Below the pieces are notes generated by a model, which was not told the origin of the DNA, made no database searches, and saw only the letters and a program-made list of their open reading frames with translations. DNA of 63,323 nucleotides, filler included, from Octopus bimaculoides (lineage: Eukaryota), in assembly GCF_001194135.2 (NCBI RefSeq). It is 3 parts of 3 records of this genome, joined end to end, with 100 filler letters (N's around TTAATTAATTAA, not from the genome) between each part and the next. Parts side by side here need not be neighbours in the genome. Positions count along the whole stretch, not along the records: positions 1 to 29,296 come from NC_068984.1; 2 more parts are not named here. One strand, written 5' to 3'. Positions within the stretch are counted from its first letter, which is position 1, and the number at the start of each line of letters is the position of its first letter. The position numbers and the translations under genes were made by a program. Below, one piece after another: positions 1-13,514 of this stretch.

Positions 1-41
<41 letters not shown>

Positions 42-419
42 CCCCCTTTCGTTTTCTCTCTCATCCTTTCTCTAATTCTTTTTTCTCCTCTTCACCGTTT
101 TCTATCTGACTCTTTCTCTCTCCCTCTTTTTCTTTTACTCTCTCTCTCTCTCTCTCTCTCTCGTTGTTCACACGTGACCATCGCCCATATTGATTTATTG
201 GGGTTTTGCTACTCTGTTATTAGTATTGTACATTGTGTCGTGTATTTAATGTTTTGGTAGTGTGTATTAAATATTATTACGATGTTTTGCTGATGTTAGT
301 TAATGGACATATACTAAATATCAATACTTTTATTTAACTATTATCATTTATTTATGTTAGGCTTTAATTATGCCGAGGTGTTAGCTGTCTAGAATCATTT
401 ATATTGTATGAAAGTCCAG

Positions 420-487
<68 letters not shown>

Positions 488-659
488 AAACCTCTCATGT
501 TTATTAATGTGTATTTTTGCATCAAAATATCCATTAATTAACACTAAACAAGAACAAGCACTGAGATATTTGCATAGACGCAAATTGACTTATAAACAAT
601 ATGATTCTAGATAGCCAAAGACACCGCGTAATTAAAGCCTAATATAAATAATAATAGTT

Positions 660-835
660 AAATTAAAGTATTTAGGCGAGGAGGCCAACAAATCCCTCCT
701 GATCGAAAGGAAACCGGAGCAATGTCAAATGAAGTATTTTGATCAAGGACACAATGTGCCGTCCAGTCAGGGAATCGAATCCACGATCTAGCGATCGTGA
801 GTGTAACAGCATAACCACTACACCACGCGCCTTCA
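660..835 (-). mobile_element. tRNA-derived SINE with CORE-like body (S2)
   Basis: Head GGCGCGTGGTGTAGTGGTTA...GATTCGATTCC; body TGTGTCCTTGATCAAAATACTT. Confidence 0.7.
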
Positions 836-839
836 TATA

Positions 840-1050
840 CACACACACACATATATTTCATCATGTTGAACCGTTTATCCCTACTTATTTTTTGTCTCCC
901 CCTTTTTTTTTGTCGTCTATTTCTTTTCTTCTCAAACCTTTCTGTCGAAGAGCGTAGGCTCAAAACATAAAAGACTTTCCATTTTCATCCCGAGCGTCAA
1001 ACTAATACACCTGTTTGTTGTTTCCCCACTTGTCATCGTAAATTTGAAAT
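840..1050 (+). mobile_element. Family A non-autonomous PLE-terminus-like repeat
   Basis: Shares CCCGAGCGTCAAACTAATAC and the HHR segment with the 42130-42335 and 51370-51640 copies. Confidence 0.5.
938..974 (+). ncRNA. Decayed hammerhead-like motif (family A)
   Basis: CTTT-CTGTCGA-A-GAGC-GTAG-GCTC-AAAA-CATA-AAAG; G12 is lost, so probably inactive. Confidence 0.4.
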
Positions 1051-2087
1051 GCTAGTGTCCTGAGATTCATGCGCCAACATAGTTAGGTAATAGCAGTCAA
1101 AAGGAGAGAATTTCTTGTTGACACAGTGTAACGAATTATTTTTCTTCCCCATTTTTTAAAGAGGCCACTTCCTAGTCAAGTCATATCTGTCTCTATCTAT
1201 GTACTCTACAGGTCTATAATTTAGAGTGCGCTTCTCTTTCGAATTTATGATTTACTGAATATATATATATATATATATANNNNNNNNNNNNNNNNNNNNN
1301 NNNNNNNNNNNNNNNNNNNNNNNNNNNNNNNNNNNNNNNNNNNNNNNNNNNNNNNNNNNNNNNNNNNNNNNNNNNNNNNNNNNNNNNNNNNNNNNNNNNN
1401 NNNNNNNNNNNNNNNNNNNNNNNNNNNNNNNNNNNNNNNNNNNNNNNNNNNNNNNNNNNNNNNNNNNNNNNNNNNNNNNNNNNNNNNNNNNNNNNNNNNN
1501 NNNNNNNNNNNNNNNNNNNNNNNNNNNNNNNNNNNNNNNNNNNNNNNNNNNNNNNNNNNNNNNNNNNNNNNNNNNNNNNNNNNNNNNNNNNNNNNNNNNN
1601 NNNNNNNNNNNNNNNNNNNNNNNNNNNNNNNNNNNNNNNNNNNNNNNNNNNNNNNNNNNNNNNNNNNNNNNNNNNNNNNNNNNNNNNNNNNNNNNNNNNN
1701 NNNNNNNNNNNNNNNNNNNNNNNNNNNNNNNNNNNNNNNNNNNNNNNNNNNNNNNNNNNNNNNNNNNNNNNNNNNNNNNNNNNNNNNNNNNNNNNNNNNN
1801 NNNNNNNNNNNNNNNNNNNNNNNNNNNNNNNNNNNNNNNNNNNNNNNNNNNNNNNNNNNNNNNNNNNNNNNNNNNNNNNNNNNNNNNNNNNNNNNNNNNN
1901 NNNNNNNNNNNNNNNNNNNNNNNNNNNNNNNNNNNNNNNNNNNNNNNNNNNNNNNNNNNNNNNNNNNNNNNNNNNNNNNNNNNNNNNNNNNNNNNNNNNN
2001 NNNNNNNNNNNNNNNNNNNNNNNNNNNNNNNNNNNNNNNNNNNNNNNNNNNNNNNNNNNNNNNNNNNNNNNNNNNNNNNNNNNNNNN

Positions 2088-2131
<44 letters not shown>

Positions 2132-4097
2132 TTTGTAAAAATGTAAGTAATGATGCAATTTTCGAAATATATAGGGGTAATTTAACTAATATTTACATTT
2201 CATTTATAAAATTATTGCTTCGGCAGACATCGCTATAAAAATAATCGAAGTCTACTACATAATGATGTACCATACACTATCATTCATTTTAGGTTTGTGA
2301 ATTTGTATATTACAACATGATTAGAAAGACTAAGAGTAAAAGAGAGAGAGGAAGCATATCTACCTTAGAACGAATTTACTTTAATCACACTCACACACAC
2401 ATGCATACATTCATATATGCATACGTACATACATGTATGTATCTGCGCATGTATGTATGTATGCATGTATGTATGTATGCATGTATGTATGTATCCATGT
2501 ATGTATGCATGTATGTATGCATGCATGTATGTATGTATGTTTGTATGTATGTATGTATACACACTCTTTCATTTTTATGACTTTATAACAGAAAATAAAT
2601 GGAATTCTGACTACATATGTTCGCTTATGTATGTATGTGCTATGCATTTTAACGTATCCGTAAATTCCTATTGACCATAAGAAAAGAAATAGAATACAGG
2701 AAATTGCGTGTATGGCAAATAGTTGTCCGGAAACTCTAAAGGAAGAAAACTGATTGGAAGCTAAGCCTAAATTATATTGACATTTAGAGTAAAATATAGG
2801 GAAAGTAGAAGATTCTTTTAAATAATTTTCAGTTCTAATAGATCTGCAACATTTTTTTAGTAAGCTGGAAAACATGCTGGCCAAGTGGCTCGAGTTGTTT
2901 ACCAATACCAGAATCAATATACAGAGTTGTTATTTAATTGTGAACTTTTATCTAATTGATTAATCATCTTTCGCTAAGTGTGCAATGAGCATAGAATTTT
3001 CAAAGTACCAATCTCGCATATTCGTGATCGAACAAATACTAAGTAATTTTCCGTATAAATAATCAAATATATTTTGTGGTACGAATTCTACTCATTAGAA
3101 TGTCTATTAAGCACGAAGAAATCGTCTTAATCTTAATCATTTTAGTAAAGTTTCACTGTTTTAAAGTTTTTAAAAATATATTCAGGTGTCAGCAAAGAAA
3201 TAAGTTTCTTCAGACATTATATCAAACATAAGGTATATAACAGGTTTTCACTTATAAAATGTATGCATCTAGCTGAAATAGGATTTAGTTAATACTTAGA
3301 ATTTCTACGTCAAGTTCCTTTGTATTATGTAATGCTCATTTTGCTCTTTGAGAGATCTGTCGTTTAAGGTCACAGAGACAAGAAAATTGGTCAAGAAATA
3401 AGATACAAACTAACAAAAGGTGGAACTGATAAAATAAATAAAAAATCGTTGGATATACGATAAACAAATTAGATAAAGCCAAGGACGTTGAAAAAGAGAC
3501 AAGGAAGAAACACTGTCAGCCATATGTTAAAGAGTGAATATTTCTTTAGTGTGTGCGTTCGCGCGTGTGCGTACCTGTGGGGGTGGGGGATAGGTGAGTG
3601 TGTGTGTGTGTGTTTCATGCAAAAATAGATCACTATGAATGAACCACAATTTAGTGCAATGTAATACTGTGCATATCAGCTCTATGTGGACACCTCTTCA
3701 GAGCTAACGAATTCACTATATCTATACAGAGAAACCAACATTTGTTTTGCAATCGTAGTTATACGGTACTTATATGTTCATAGTACGTGAGAATCGAAAC
3801 TAAGGCGCAATTAAATCATGTTTAGGTTATATATCTCAATCTTAAATTCAAATTTTGCCCTACTTTAAATTTAAATTCTGATGTAAGCGACTTAGAATTT
3901 ACCTTTCTTAGTTCATTAAAAAAGGATCAACAACAAGCTAAAGATGATAGATGAAAGTTCGTTATCTGAATTAGGATAAAACATATTTTTTGTTTATCTA
4001 ATGCATATAAGTTGCAGAAGGGAACTTCTTTGTCACTTCTTTTACGTTCTAATGCTTACAGAAAGCATGAAAGTCTCCCAATCTTACACTCCAGTAG

Positions 4098-4139
<42 letters not shown>

Positions 4140-4624
4140 GTGTGTGTGCGTGCGTGTGTGTGCGTGTAAAATGAGAATTTCAGTAGCTAATTCACAGTAA
4201 ATTCCGACTAATGTTTAATGCTTCATGATAACGAGACAGAAAAGTTGTATTTGATCTGATCATTTCGATATCGATTAACCGTAATATGATTTCTACATTT
4301 ATATAACTCATTGCCCATAGAATAGAGTTAATTCTCAATGAAAAGTTTCTCTTGGCTATATATAAGCATATGCAAAAGGGGTATTCTATAACAGGAAAAG
4401 TTTATAATAGCGTAATCAAGTATATTGAAGATGTGTCTTTTGTGTATGTATTCTTAAATTACATAAACCTTGAATCTATGATAGATTGTAGGAAATTTCG
4501 CCATAAATAAAAATGTGTGATAAAAGATACAGTTCATATTAGATTCTTTCAGCAGTTCTCCAGATACTCTATACCCATTTCTGCGTCATTCATAAAATTT
4601 CTCTACTGTAGCTATATATTCCTT

Positions 4625-4835
4625 TCTACTATAGGTAGAAGGCCTGAAATTTTGCGAGGGAGGGATAGTCGATAACAGCGACCCCAGTGCTTGACTGGTA
4701 CTCATTTTATCGATCCCGAAAAGATGACATGTAGAGTCGACCTCGGTGGTATCTGAACTCAGAACGTAAATTTTCGGAACAAATGCCACTAAACGTTTTT
4801 TCCGCTACGGTAACGATTCTGCCGGCTCGCTGCCT
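4625..4835 (-). mobile_element. SINE family S1
   Basis: Family core GTTCTGAGTTCAAATTCCGCCGAGGTCGACTTTGCCTTTCATCCTTTCGGGGTCGATAAAAT, repeated at least 11 times in this window. Confidence 0.85.
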
Positions 4836-4861
4836 ATGAATTAATTTAATTTAAATTTCAA

Positions 4862-5065
4862 CTTTTAGCACAAGGTCAGCAATTTCGCGGAGGATTAGGT
4901 CGATTGCATTGACTCCAGTGTTCAAATGCTACTTATTTTATCGACCCCGAAAGGATAAAAGGCGAAGTCGATTTCGGTGGAATTTGAACCCAGAACGTGA
5001 AGGCGGACAAAATGCCGCTAAGCATTATGCCCGACATGCTAACGATTCTGCCAGCTCGCCACCTT
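4862..5065 (-). mobile_element. SINE family S1
   Basis: Same core. Confidence 0.85.
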
Positions 5066-5098
5066 ACTCTGGCTGTATATTGATGGATATAAAATATT

Positions 5099-5311
5099 CT
5101 TTTCTACTCTAGGCACAAGGCTCGAAATTTGGGGGAGCGGGTCAGTCGATTAGATCGACCCCAATAGGCAACTGGTACTTAATTTATCGACTCCGAAAGG
5201 ATGAAAGGCAAAGTCGACCTCGGCGGAATTTGAACTCAAAACGTAAAGACAGACGAAATACCGCTAAGCATTTCGCCCGGCGTGCTAATTTTTCTGCCAG
5301 CTCGCCGTCTC
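5099..5311 (-). mobile_element. SINE family S1 with a 33-bp flanking duplication
   Basis: Same core; 5066-5098 matches 5312-5344 with one mismatch. Confidence 0.9.
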
Positions 5312-8300
5312 ACTCTGGCTGTATATTGATGGATATTAAATATTGAATGAGCTATTATATAATACTTTTAAACCTCATATTATCCATAGATACAGGAACA
5401 TGAATAATAATCGAATATATATTTTGTAAGTGTGTTCTCCATCAATTACAACAGCAGTAATACTGAAATAGCAAAGTTTTCATAACAAATGAGATTTAAT
5501 ATAATTTTCTTTTGGCAATGTCAGGGATGAATTGACATATTAATGTTTAAAAGCAAATGAATATATATCTATTTCATGACTGAAATCCTTGGAAAAACCT
5601 ATGTAGGTAATTGGTATGAATGTTTACTTTTAGCTATTAATTTCAGGCACTTATTTATTTTTTAATATGTTAAATGTTAACGTATTTTTTTTTATCCATA
5701 AGCTAAATTGAACTGCACAGTTGAGAACTTTACATTAGGAATCATTTTAATTTTCCGTTCAGCTTACTTTTCATTATGAGCTTGCTAAAAAGAAACCAGG
5801 AATAATTTATTATTACACATCCATTTTGTAAATGTAGTAGATCACTTTATTAAATGTTTTATGGTACCTGGTTTAGCACACAGTTTTGCTTTTATATCTC
5901 GCTACATTTATCTCTGTTTTCATCCTTTTGAAGATAATAAAAACTTCTATTAAGAGACAGAGTGATTGGGTTGAAGCAAAATCCTTATTGATGAGACAAA
6001 TACATGATTTCATATCTGATTCCCAAATGCAACAAATGCACTTCTCCATTATAAATTACACCTACGTCGACTGCTTTAGATATTGATTTTGCAAACAACA
6101 GTGAACAAAAACAAGTCAGGGACTTACGTCAACGTTGAAGCTTCCATACTTATTGGAACAATTTCATTTCATGGATAACCTTACTGCTTTTAGGCAGGGT
6201 ATGAAAAGTTCAGCTTCCATTTTATTTTCTTTCAAGTAGCCGATATGTCTAACAGAAAGATGTTCAGTATCGGATTCTGTTTAATCATGGGTGGCCGCTA
6301 AAGAGTGCATATTCCTATGTAAATAGAATTCTCTATGAAACAGAGTAGATAATAAAGAGATAAAAAAAAGTAAATAAGTTTATTCAGCCAATTATTTACA
6401 TTTTGAAGGAATTAGAAGCATTCCGTGTTCATGCATAATAATCTTGTCGAAATACTTTTGAGAAGGCGCAGGGATGACTACTATGTTGTTTATGTGTGTT
6501 TTAAAAGTCAAACACAAACATACGTTTTAAAAAATGAGGAGTAATTCGGTTATTTCTAAAAATATTCCTGTTACTACTTATAAATAATTTAAGTAGCAGT
6601 AATATAGTGATATCAATTATTCGATCCTAGCCTCATTAAAGTTTACGTTTAGTGAATAAAATATCATTGCATTTCCCTAACAGAGACTGACCTCAGTTTA
6701 TAATCAATTATAGCTTAGTGAAACGTTCACTAGATCATTACTCAGTGTCCGACTGGCTACGGTACCAATCAACTTCAGTACCAATCAATAAATAGCAATC
6801 AGTTTCATTTCTGTCAGGAAATAACTATGTACACAGTTGATATTATGAAAAAGGCGATGAGTTTGATGCATTGAACAGCCAACTATTATCAGCAAATGTT
6901 TTCCAATGCAATGTACTATGAATATGTTTTCTCCCTTTTTTCGTTTTTGTTATTGTTATTCAAGAGCTGTAGTTAACCTGCCAAATCTAGAAGAAATTAT
7001 ATCGTATCTTGATGACTAGGTTTTTTTTATGCACAAGAAAATTTCAATAATTGTTTGTATCTGCAGAATACAATTTCATAATGTCATTTGAACAAAATCT
7101 ATTGCTTAGTTTCACACACTATATGATGCAAAGACAGACATATAATGCAAAGAATAACAAGTTTATCCATCCATTCATCCATCCATCCAGCCATAGATAC
7201 ATCCATCCATCCATACATACATACATGCATACATACATACATGCATACGTATAGAATAACAAAAAATACAAGCAATGTATGATAATTACTCTTTTATCAA
7301 GATGGCCAGCGTAAGCGTGTCAATGAGGAAACCTCTACTAGAAATAGGAGAACAGTTTCTTTCAAATCACACCTTATCACCCTGAAAAAGACAGGATACA
7401 TTGGATAATAAAAATTAATTCATTTCACTTGCCGAGCTTGGAAGTGGGAGCAACCCCCTTGGTTTTTGTAGGCCATCCATGACCAGTGAGCTTGATACCG
7501 TTAATTTTTTGTTTATAATATTGAAGGTCAACACCTGGAGGAAAGTATGAGTAAGGAGATTCTGAACTGCCGATGTTCAGGGAAGTAACGATTTGGATAG
7601 TGGGGTTAGAGGCAACAAGTTTGACGAGAAGTGAAAAGACGACAGGGTCGAAGGTGCCTAAGTAGGGGAAGCGACCAGCCACCTCCTAGGAACATAGTCT
7701 ATTATTATAGCGACAGAAAAACAGAGGAACAGTAGACAACGTGCCGGTGGCCTGAGGTTAAAGTGTGTCCGTTAGTGACTGAATGCCAAAGAGTCAATTA
7801 GCCTTTCGGATGCAGTCCATGATGACTGTGTGTGTAGTAAAAGCACTCTCTGAAATGTGGGCCTCACTTGAGCCCTGTAGAGTCACAGAAATTCTTGGAG
7901 GCTGAAATATTTTCTGATTCTGAAGTGAAAAGCCAGTTTTGGAGATGTGATACGGTCCTAAATAAGCTAAGGATATACTTTCGATGATAGCATTTAGAGT
8001 GATTGCGAGGGCTGTAGACGAGTGCCGTTCATGCGTAGTGGGACTGTGGCGTGGTGGTATATTATGATATGAGTTGTGCTTCAGATCCTTTTGTTTTAAA
8101 AAGTATTAAGCCTTGTATGGCTTCATGGAAATTCTCCCTGAACGGAAGCAGTGCATACTATGAGAAATTAAGTAATGTATCAAACATAAAAAGAACAATA
8201 TAAGTCAATGAAACAGATTTGATATAAATTGCTTTATTCGCACGCACGCATTTTGCTGTTACTTTTCAGAACAAGTCTATATATAATACCCTAGACGTTT

Positions 8301-9039
8301 GAACATTTTAAGCAGAAACAGGATCACTATGTCAATGAAGGAAACCACGCGTTAAGATTCAATCAAGCACACCACTGTCAGAAGAATGCTGGACAGCTAC
8401 CTCCGCTTAGTTTACTGACCAGTTGCCTGGTAATTCTCAATTGTGTGTTTCAATACTATGGAGTTTCTATTTTATCTTTAATCAATCATTTTAACAAAAT
8501 AACCAAATTACTGAAATAATTGCTACTGAATGAACAGAATATTTTTTTTAGTTATTGTTCATTTCAGTTCAAAAACATAATATAAATATCCACCAGTGAC
8601 GAAAAAAAAGCAGTGCAGAAAAATAATACGCTCACAAATACGATTTAATAATATATGAATTGGAATGTAATTATTTTCTTAGCATATTTATCTGATACAA
8701 ATCCAGCGAATAAAGTCAATGTTGCGTGTAATTCTTGTCTGATACTTCATAGTGAGAAATATCCATTAAAACCCAAGTGACTTCAGGTGTGAAGTGAACC
8801 GACATCTGAATGTCAATTTCCTCTTAGAAAATTATGAGAAGCTATACATACGAAACTGCTCTCCAGTTTTCCTTAACCTCCCGTTCCTAGACACTACACA
8901 GTGGACCTATATTTTATCAATGCCTATGAATATTAAAGTTACAAAAATATTAATTTTTAGGTGACATCTTATTCCCTCAACCTCAACTTGCAACAAGAGG
9001 ACATTGTAACAAATACCGTGTAAACATTACATGCTAAAC

Positions 9040-9560
9040 CCCCTCTGCACAAAGAAAGCCTTTACGATCCTTACGTGTATCAAATATTATAAATTTGAAT
9101 AACTTTCATGGCGACTCCACATATCTAGCATTGTAGAACTGCATACCTAAAATTAGAGCAGAAAATACTTCCACCGTAAGTAGTAACAAAGATAAAAATC
9201 TACATTGTATTGCTTTACTCATAACTGGGATACTACAATTACTAAACATGCAAGCATGCAAGACACAAAGGAAGATAATTCAGGTAGTTGAAAACGATTC
9301 ATCCATAAGATGCTTCAACTACAAGTTCACAGAGACGCGGCTTTATCTTTGTACCGTTTTTAATTGCTGGTAAGACATCTTCAGCTTCTCTGAACTTATC
9401 TCTCAAACCAACATCTTTTCCTCCATCCTAAATACCTAGAGCTGTACCCATCTAGAATTTACTATCAGATCACGTTTTCTTTCAGACGTCGACACATAGT
9501 TGTTCAAACTGACCATCAATGATATCTGCCTAACCAACCTAGTAATATCAACACAACACC
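9040..9560 (+). mobile_element. Ty3/Gypsy pol (RNase H) remnant
   Basis: ...FRRRHIVVQTDHQ resembles the Gypsy RNase H motif LxGRxFxVxTDH; otherwise heavily decayed. Confidence 0.4.
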
Positions 9561-10133
9561 AGGGACACATTCTCGCCTTCACCACTCATTCAACGTTCAA
9601 CTATTGTAAGGTTTACCATATATCATTCTAACAAATTATTGTGGTTTTAGGCTTACGTATGACTGGCTATTTCCGACACCAGTGCCTGAATAGACACTGA
9701 CATTCTACATATAGTTGACGAGTGATTCGGCAGTTACCTTGCTACTTGACACCTGTCGCTGTGGAAGTCTTAGCATAGTGAAGTCACGTGATCTGTAAGT
9801 TCCGGTGGCCGTAGCAGACGATTCTCGTCTGTCAACGATATAATTACGTTTGATTTTATGTGCCACGAGTCTGTATGAGAAATCAATTCAAGGTAAATAA
9901 CATTATTTACCTTGAGAGGATCTCTCATAAGAACTCGTGCTGCATAAAATCATCTGCTATTCTGTGCTCTAACACATCCTCCACGTTAAGCTGAAGATCA
10001 AGATTACCTTTTGGTGTTAATACTGCTTCTGTCGCTATTAATTAGTTTTACTACATACAATGGCAAAATATATAAATGTCATCTTTTAAAAATTAATAAA
10101 GAATATTATTATTTATCAGAATTCTTAACAATA

Positions 10134-10199
<66 letters not shown>

Positions 10200-10324
10200 G
10201 ATCGATCGATCGCTCGATCTATGTAATCGCATCAAAACATGAATATTCTTCAAGTGAGAATAAAAATCTGCTTGACGGTTTTATTCCTTTGGTTAGGAGG
10301 AATAAAACCAATATTACATTGTTT

Positions 10325-10480
10325 TTACGTTCTGAGTTCAAATTCCGCCGAGGTCGACTTCCCCTATCATTCTTTCAGTATTGATAAAATAATTACCAGT
10401 TGAGCAGTGCGGTCGCTGTAAATGACTCACCTCCTCCCCCGTAATTACTGCCCTTGTATCTAAATTTGAAACAAATATTA
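10325..10480 (+). mobile_element. SINE family S1 (5' degraded)
   Basis: Same core. Confidence 0.8.
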
Positions 10481-10499
10481 TGTTGTAGAGAGTTAGCAG

Positions 10500-11010
10500 T
10501 TTTGAAGGTTGAAGAATTTTCTAGTTCTAAAGAGGAAGACCAGTCCACGGGATAGACTTGTGGTTGTGTCAGGAATGTGTATCCGCTTGGAGAGATCCTC
10601 AGTTTTGGTGACGCCAAGAATCTGTAGCAACCTTGAAATTTCTAATTACATGCCATTCGTATTTAAGGCTCCTGGAATTAAACAATGCTTTCTTATTATA
10701 TGTATTGCCTGTGACTCTGTGATAGATATTTTCAATGTTTCCGTTCATGGAATCATTGCGGATTTTCTTAAGATGGTTCTGTTTCATGAATCGGGAGTAA
10801 GGAAGGTGTGAGGATGTGTAGCAGGGAGTTGTTGATGTCTAGGAGGAAGAGTATGTGAGTCAAACACGAACCATAGGGCACACAAGAATTGACAAGTTTC
10901 TGGCCAAAGAGAATTCAAACTTCATATTCCTCGAATGCGCAGTCCGGTAGGAAACCACCGATATAAGACACGAAAGATGAATGGTGCCCATTGTGCGAAG
11001 TTTTGTGAGA
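10500..11010 (-). mobile_element. CR1/L2-type LINE RT fragment
   Basis: CVPYGSCLTHILFLLDINN resembles GVPQGSVLGPLLFLIYIND; ILGVTKTEDLSKRIHI resembles DLGV..DLS..HI. Confidence 0.65.
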
Positions 11011-11343
11011 GAACTTGCGCACTAGACAATGGACTAATTGGCTAATTGTTATAAAGAAAATTCACTTATATGGAATAATTAATCAGTGTTTATGTCTTGG
11101 TCTGGTTTCTGCTTATAGCCACTTCATTTATCTCATGTGCTATAAGGACGATAAAAAAGGCATACATGAGATATTATGCAAAATTCTCCTTTTCTGTAAA
11201 CAGCAGAAATTTTCTTTCTGTATACGAAATCAATTTACTTTCATATTAATTTGTATTCTAATTTATAGTACAGTTCCTCTTGCAGCTACATAGGAGACAA
11301 AATAAATACGGATTTCAGAATTACTGCTTACTAACGGAGGAAG

Positions 11344-11374
<31 letters not shown>

Positions 11375-11989
11375 TGCATGCATGTATGTATACATTTATG
11401 CATGTATGTATGTATATATGTATGTATGCATATATGTATGTCGATTCGAAATACGAAAAAGACAAAGTCGATTTCATTAAAGCTTGTAATGTGAACCACT
11501 TGGTTTAGTGAAAGAATTCATATCATTCAGATTTCAGCTCTCTTTAAGAAGCATTAATATTTTCAATTGATATTGATAAATTAAAGTATGCGATGATTTC
11601 TTTGTGAAATGCGACAAAAATGGAAAATGATTTGATTGTATCACTTGGTTTACAATACAAGTCTTACAAAACTCACTAAGATAATGTATATACGGTAAGA
11701 TAGTGAATTGCTTCTGCTTCAATTCGTTCATGAATAGGTACATGTGTCTGTGTGTGCGCGCGCGTCTGTGTGCGTGCGTGCGTGCGTGCGTGCATGTGTG
11801 TGTGTGTGTGTGTGTGTGCGTGTGTGCGCGCGTGTGTGCGTGCGTGTGCTTACGAGCACATATACATATAACTAAAATCTTAGTTTTCGGAAATTGCAGC
11901 TACCATAGAGTAATATCTAAATGAACTGAAACTTTGACATCTCGCATATACCGTGTATTATTTTCATCAAATATGGAAATAATTTATTG

Positions 11990-12207
11990 GTTTCAAATTT
12001 TGACATAAGCACAGCAATTTCGGAAGAGGGGTAAGTCGTTTACATCGACCCCAGTATTCAACTGGTACTTATTTTATCGACCCCGAAAAGATGAGAGGCA
12101 ATGTCGGCCTCTGTGGAATTTGCACTCAGAACATAAAGACAGACGAAATGTCACCATGCAATTTGCCCGGCGTGATAACGATGCTACCAGCTCGACGCCT
12201 CATATAA
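11990..12207 (-). mobile_element. SINE family S1
   Basis: Same core; TSD GGAAATAATTTATTG at 11975-11989 and 12208-12222. Confidence 0.9.
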
Positions 12208-12708
12208 GGAAATAATTTATTGATAATAATTATTTGTTTCTTCATACAGGAATTCAATGCACAAAGTTGTTTCAAATCTACAAAAATACGGCTTTCACTT
12301 TTCATTAAAATTTACTAAATAAGTGAGAAAACTAGAAGAGTAGGAAATTAGAGATGCAAAATTAAATGTATAAAACAATACAAATACTCTGAACTTCAAA
12401 TCATTACCAATAATGTCTCCAAGTATATCTTGAATCCTATATATTTGGACTGATATGTTTGGCAACATATATTCTGCATTGCCTTTATGAAAGTGACAAT
12501 ACAAACGAAGCTATTGTAATAATAACAACTGCATTTCTTCTTAGGAAATATGGTTTCAATTATTGTTAAGCAGCTTGCTTTCACGAAGCAAACAAATGTG
12601 TAAATTTTCTAAAGAATGTATACAAAAGTAGAGAGGAAAATTGAATAACTTACAAATGTCAATATCTATCTATTTGTGTATTTATTTACCCATTTATCCA
12701 TACATACA

Positions 12709-12784
<76 letters not shown>

Positions 12785-12958
12785 NNNNNNNNNNNNNNNN
12801 NNNNNNNNNNNNNNNNNNNNNNNNNNNNNNNNNNNNNNNNNNNNNNNNNNNNNNNNNNNNNNNNNNNNNNNNNNNNNNNNNNNNNNNNNNNNNNNNNNNN
12901 NNNNNNNNNNNNNNNNNNNNNNNNNNNNNNNNNNNNNNNNNNNNNNNNNNNNNNNNNN

Positions 12959-12997
<39 letters not shown>

Positions 12998-13450
12998 TAC
13001 ATATATACATATATGTATATACATACATATATACATATATATACACACACGTTTACATACATATGTACATGTATACGGTCATATGTTTATATGTATATGT
13101 GTATATTCATATACATATATATAACCACATACATATATACTCACAGACCATACACAAGATCTACGTGCACATAAGTACACACAAACACACTCACATAAAC
13201 GCGCACACACGCGTACATGCACACACTGATTTTCCTATAATCTATGTGTCTATGCGCCGAGTTTTATCTATTTCTAAAGAATGTCATCATTTCTCAGGAA
13301 TTATAAAGACACTAAGAGTTCTGATGAAGTGGAATTTGTGTGTTAATGTCGAGAACGGAAAGATTGTCACCAGCTTGTCACGTAAAACTGTTTTCTTTCT
13401 ACTTCAGTTCTTGAAGTTATATATCTCGCTCTCTCTCATTCACACACACA

Positions 13451-13514
<64 letters not shown>

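Noticed and set aside
5886-6086. Hydrophobic 66-aa ORF as a membrane-protein exon
   Set aside because: Hydrophobicity is explained by T-rich composition; no GPCR motif or convincing splice sites.
8332-8439. 108-nt open segment between AG and GTAATT
   Set aside because: The translation has no recognisable features and the acceptor lacks a pyrimidine tract.
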